DNA of 64,000 nt from Acidobacteria bacterium RIFCSPLOWO2_12_FULL_67_14b (GTDB lineage: Bacteria > Acidobacteriota > Vicinamibacteria > Vicinamibacterales > UBA2999). The stretch is from positions 52,778 to 116,777 of the forward strand of contig MELE01000027.1 in NCBI GenBank assembly GCA_001768615.1, given 5' to 3'. A model generated the notes under the pieces. That model saw only the letters and a list, made by a program, of their open reading frames with translations, did no database searches and was not told the DNA's origin. The position numbers were made by a program, and so were the translations under genes. Below are positions 63,753 to 64,000 of the stretch, one piece after another; position 1 is the first letter of the stretch, and every line of letters begins with the position of its first letter.

Positions 63753-63781
63753 TAAACATGACTAGATCAAGGACCGTTAGC

Positions 63782-64000
63782 CTAATCTCTTGTGGTTTTT
63801 TCTGCGTAACGGGCGCGGCGGTCGGTGGACAGGCGCCCGATCATCACCTCGGTGGCTTTGATGATCGCGACCGCCTCGTCGCCGCGCTTCAGCTTCAGCT
63901 CGATGACGGCATCGCGGGTGATCACGGCCGTCAGGATCTGATCGCCGATCCGCAAGCGCACCTGCGAGAGCAGCCCCTCGTTGCGGACCTCTTCCACGAC
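63782..64000 (-). CDS. TOBE (molybdate/Mop-like) domain protein, 5' end outside the window
   Basis: RLRIGDQILTAVITRDAVIELKLKRGDEAVAIIKATEVMI matches the TOBE pattern. The frame is open to the window edge. Confidence 0.65.
   Translation of the reverse strand, partial: VVEEVRNEGLLSQVRLRIGDQILTAVITRDAVIELKLKRGDEAVAIIKATEVMIGRLSTDRRARYAEKTTRD

Overview
This is a GC-rich bacterial chromosomal window (about two-thirds G+C by eye, not computed) with about 52 tightly packed protein genes. I recognised no rRNA, tRNA, CRISPR array, transposase, integrase or phage gene.

Gene content:
- Secreted peptidases: two S9, an M16 pair and one M28.
- purE-purK.
- An S45 penicillin-acylase-family Ntn hydrolase.
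- ada plus an FAD oxidoreductase.
- Two CarboxypepD_reg-type TonB-dependent receptors.
- A large PIG-L deacetylase followed by a DUF1800/DUF1501 pair.
- A translationally coupled TetR-HlyD-ABC-TolC-ABC-ABC2-ABC2-lipoprotein efflux operon.
- A Sir2/CobB deacylase.
- A metal-related cluster next to an ECF sigma/anti-sigma pair.
- An eight-gene his operon in the order hisI-G-D-C-B-H-F-A.
- A REC-GGDEF-EAL protein.
- A Phd/YefM-PIN toxin-antitoxin pair.

This repertoire suggests an Acidobacteriota-like soil bacterium, but that is inference only.

Gene calls do not explain one pervasive feature. Most intergenic gaps, and several sites inside genes, carry tandem or inverted arrays of short 'words' (7-15 nt) that form long hairpins, about 27 loci by my count. 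They fall into a few families that recur across the window.
- One copy sits in frame in the excised spacer peptide of the acylase.
- One encloses the start codon of a TPR protein and encodes its signal peptide.
- One lies between hisG and hisD.
- One extends the C-terminus of hisD.
- One pair of inverted arms encloses a decayed four-helix-bundle (Avd/S23p-like) gene.

Separately, a strong intrinsic terminator lies 34 nt upstream of hisI and is preceded by a His-rich mini-ORF. This looks like a candidate his attenuator.
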